A stretch of DNA of 64,000 bases, taken from positions 3,231,401 through 3,295,400 of the forward strand of contig BQFW01000008.1 of assembly GCA_020891255.1 (NCBI GenBank). Reading direction: 5' to 3'. The translations under genes and the position numbers were made by a program. Each line of letters starts with the position of its first letter. The stretch's first letter is position 1. The notes under the pieces were generated by a model. That model was not told the DNA's origin. It was given only the letters and a program-made list of their open reading frames with translations, and ran no database searches. Of the stretch, positions 61,593 to 64,000 are shown in pieces. The stretch comes from Entomortierella parvispora E1425. Its lineage: Eukaryota; Fungi; Mortierellomycota.

Positions 61593-62190
61593 CCTTGCAT
61601 CCATCTCGTCTCTTGCATTCATCTCGTCTCTTGCATTCATCTCGACTCTTGCATTCCTCTCGTCTCTTGCATTCATCTCGTCTCTTGCATTCCTCTCGTC
61701 TCTTGCATTCATCTCGTCCCTTGCATTCATCTCGTCCCTTGCATTCATCTCGTCCCTTGCATTCATCTCGTCCCTTGCATTCATCTCGTCCCTTGCATTC
61801 ATCTCGTCCCCGCATTCATCTCGTCCCCGCATTCATCTCGTCCCCGCATTCATCTCGTCCCCGCATTCATCTCGTCCCCGCATTCATCTCGTCCCGCACA
61901 TTCATCTCGTCCCCGCATTCATCTCGTCCCTTGCCTCCATCTCGTCCCTTGCCTCCATCTCGTCCCTTGCCTCCATCTCGTCCCTTGCCTCCATCTCGTC
62001 CCTTGCCTCCATCTCGTCCCTTGCCTCCATCTCGTCCCTTGCCTCCATCTCGTCCCTTGCCTCCATCTCGTCCCTTGCCTCCATCTCGTCCCTTGCCTCC
62101 ATCTCGTCCCTTGCCTCCATCTCGTCCCTTGCCTCCATCTCGTCCCTTGCCTCCATCTCGTCCCTTGCCTCCATCTCTTCCCTTGCATTC
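61593..62190. repeat. Subtelomeric 17/18-bp minisatellite, ~33 units in three homogeneous blocks
   Basis: 12 x (T/C)CTTGCATTCATCTCGTC at 61593-61808; 7 units mostly the 17-bp CCCGCATTCATCTCGTC at 61809-61928; 14 x CCTTGCCTCCATCTCGTC at 61929-62180. Confidence 0.97.
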
Positions 62191-62454
62191 ATGCTATCTC
62201 TTGCATCGTTCGACCTTCTCGTCTCATGTATTCAATTCTCGCATCCCTCTTGTCTCCTGCATCCCTCTCTCTCTCGTCTCGTTTTTTGCATCCCTTTCCT
62301 CTCGTCTCTCTCGTCTCGATTCCTGCATCCTTCCTTTCTCCTCGACTCTTGTATCCTTACCCTGTCCTCCCGTGTCTTGCATCCGTCTTCTTTTTTGGAT
62401 CTTTCTCCTCTCCTGCATCTCTCGTCTCCTGCATCCCTTTTCCTTTTTGTATCT

Positions 62455-62665
62455 CTTTTCTCTGTTGCATGTCTCTTCTCTGTCTTCTCTGTTGCATCTC
62501 TCTTCTCTGTTGCATCTCTCTTCTCTGTTGCATCTCTCTCTTCTCTGCTGCATCTCTCTCTTCTCTGCTGCATCTCTCTCTTCTCTGCTGCATCTCTCTT
62601 CTCTGTTGCATCTCTCTCTCCTCTCTGCTGCATCTCTCTCTTCTCTCTCTTCTCTGTTGCATCTC
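62455..62665. repeat. Second subtelomeric minisatellite with 18/20-bp units CTCTTCTCTG(T/C)TGCATCT(CT)
   Basis: About 9 units, differing by CT dinucleotide number and a T/C site. Confidence 0.9.
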
Positions 62666-63667
62666 ATCTCGTGCATCCTTCTTTTCTCACGCGTTGCTCG
62701 CTACTCTTTCCCTTTGTCGGCAACCACAGCTTCTTTTACATCTAATCATACGGAGAAAGCTCATTCATTCTAGCCATGAACCAGAGTGGACATGCGACAA
62801 ACAGGAGGCATGCAGGAAACATGAAGTCCTTGATTCAGGGGCGCGCACTTCTCAGGTAAGTCCTCTCCACCATCAACTGCTAGATTTCTCTGGCCCTCAG
62901 GCAGAGCATGCAGTAGCGAGGAACGAGACGGTTCCAGAGCAAAGTCACCGCAGTCTCATGTGTTTTGCGCCCTCGTCTCTGCCCTTTTGTTCCTACTTTT
63001 GTCTAGCGTGTACAACTTTTAATAAAAAAACTACGTAACAACTGCACGAGCTGATGTTCTTGTCTACATGCACGATGAGGAGAGTAAAAACTGTTTGAGA
63101 GAGCTGCAACTTCCTCGCTGAAGTCTCGAGAGAGCAAGCATGTGCACGGTTCACACTCGGTCTCCTGTTGCTAGTGGATTGTCCTTTCAAGCGCCCAACA
63201 GTCGTTCTCTCACCTCAAACTGCAGACTTTGCTCTTTTCCCTTCCCATACTTCGTGAAATGCACCTACGAAGTGTCTAAGTGGCTAGCTCTCGGCTCCTG
63301 TCACCACTTCACTCCTCCATCTTAAGAGAGAATTTTTTTTTTCAAAAAAAAAACGAAATATAAGAACAGCAATTACACCACAACCACCTTATCACTCGCC
63401 AGTTTTTCTTGATGAATATTGACCTCTGATGAATAGGCACCTCCCCATATAAAAATCACCTAGGTCATCAACGTAGATATCGAGAAAAGAGTGTTCGAAT
63501 TTCAAAAAAAACGAGATTAAAAAATGCAATTGCTCAAGATCCACCTTATGGATTGACGATGTTGTTAGCTTGGTGGAATACTTATGAGGATAGCTCTTTA
63601 ATGCACTGTATCTCATATCTCTACGAAGGAAAAAAAACACATTGTTTTTATATCTTCAGAAAAGCGA

Positions 63668-63692
63668 GGCCGAAGCCGGATTCGAACCCGGG
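63668..63692 (-). promoter_or_regulatory. Isolated Pol III B-box / tRNA 3'-end fragment
   Basis: Minus strand CCGGGTTCGAATCCGGCTTCGGCC holds a perfect GGTTCGAATCC. No matching 5' acceptor strand, A-box or anticodon arm is seen upstream. Confidence 0.5.
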
Positions 63693-63888
63693 AGCAAAAG
63701 TAAACAAAGGGAACACCTAATAGTCCAGGAAGTCTAAGCCACCAATAAATTGAATATTTCCTTTTTAGGACAAACAGAAAACGCATCGTACGGTCAGTCT
63801 GAATAGCGCAAACGATGCACAGACACTCCAGGACATCGTTAAACTGTATAAATACGCGAGTTTAGGGCAATAAACCCTGAAAATAAGG

Positions 63889-64000
63889 TTTAGGGGTTTT
63901 TTTTAGGGTTTTTTAGGGTTTTTTAGGGTTTTTTAGGGTTTTTTAGGGTTTTTTAGGGTTTTTTAGGGTTTTTTTAGGGTTTTTTAGGGTTTTAGGGTTT
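63889..64000 (+). repeat. Telomeric repeat array, main unit TTTTTTAGGG (T6AG3); right chromosome end
   Basis: T3AG4, T8AG3, 6 x T6AG3, T7AG3, T6AG3, T4AG3 run to the last base. The G-rich strand runs 5'->3' toward the end, as expected for a telomere. Confidence 0.95.

Noticed and set aside
61593-62190. CRISPR-like appearance of the regular array
   Set aside because: Units are head-to-tail with no unique spacers, there are no cas genes, and the DNA is eukaryotic.
61111-63038. Long ORFs (544, 511, 270 aa; LASISS, EMEARD and RWRQGT repeats)
   Set aside because: They are translations of the minisatellite and CT tracts, which lack stop codons in most frames; no coding signal.
63392-63640. 82-aa AT-rich ORF next to the telomere
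   Set aside because: Short, no recognisable motif; faint resemblance to transposase tails is too weak to support.
63735-63746. 11-bp match (CTAAGCCACCA) to the MULE TIR near the telomere
   Set aside because: Too short and not extendable; compatible with chance.
1-64000. U12-type (minor spliceosome) introns and spliceosomal snRNA genes
   Set aside because: RTATCCTT hits (for example ~15530, ~36525, ~62352) are not at usable exon boundaries; no U1/U2/U4/U5/U6/U11/U12 signature seen.

Overview
Eukaryotic, intron-rich fungal DNA, probably Mortierellomycota or a related early-diverging lineage (inferred from gene families, short GT-AG introns with long A/T tracts, and an ARM-NACHT-pentapeptide-WD40 gene). 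The window is the terminal 64 kb of a chromosome arm and ends in a (T6AG3)-type telomere array at 63889-64000. About 17 intact protein genes, left to right: ABCC transporter (partial), Meu6-like PH protein, HSP78, secreted I9 inhibitor, MAD1, NLR-like NACHT-WD40, GPI-anchored protein, ERV2, POP5, 6-phosphogluconolactonase, MBF1, INTS13/Asunder-like, OPI1-like, an acidic orphan membrane protein, Ecl1-like, ELG1/ATAD5, OPT and an ENA-type P-ATPase. Also present: tRNA-Asp(GUC), a young internally deleted Mutator-like element with perfect 175-bp TIRs just upstream of it, a probable LINE relic, a candidate structured ncRNA, and a ~6 kb pyrimidine-skewed subtelomere with variant 17/18-bp minisatellites and an isolated Pol III B-box. 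All family calls come from motif recognition by eye; no database searches were run.
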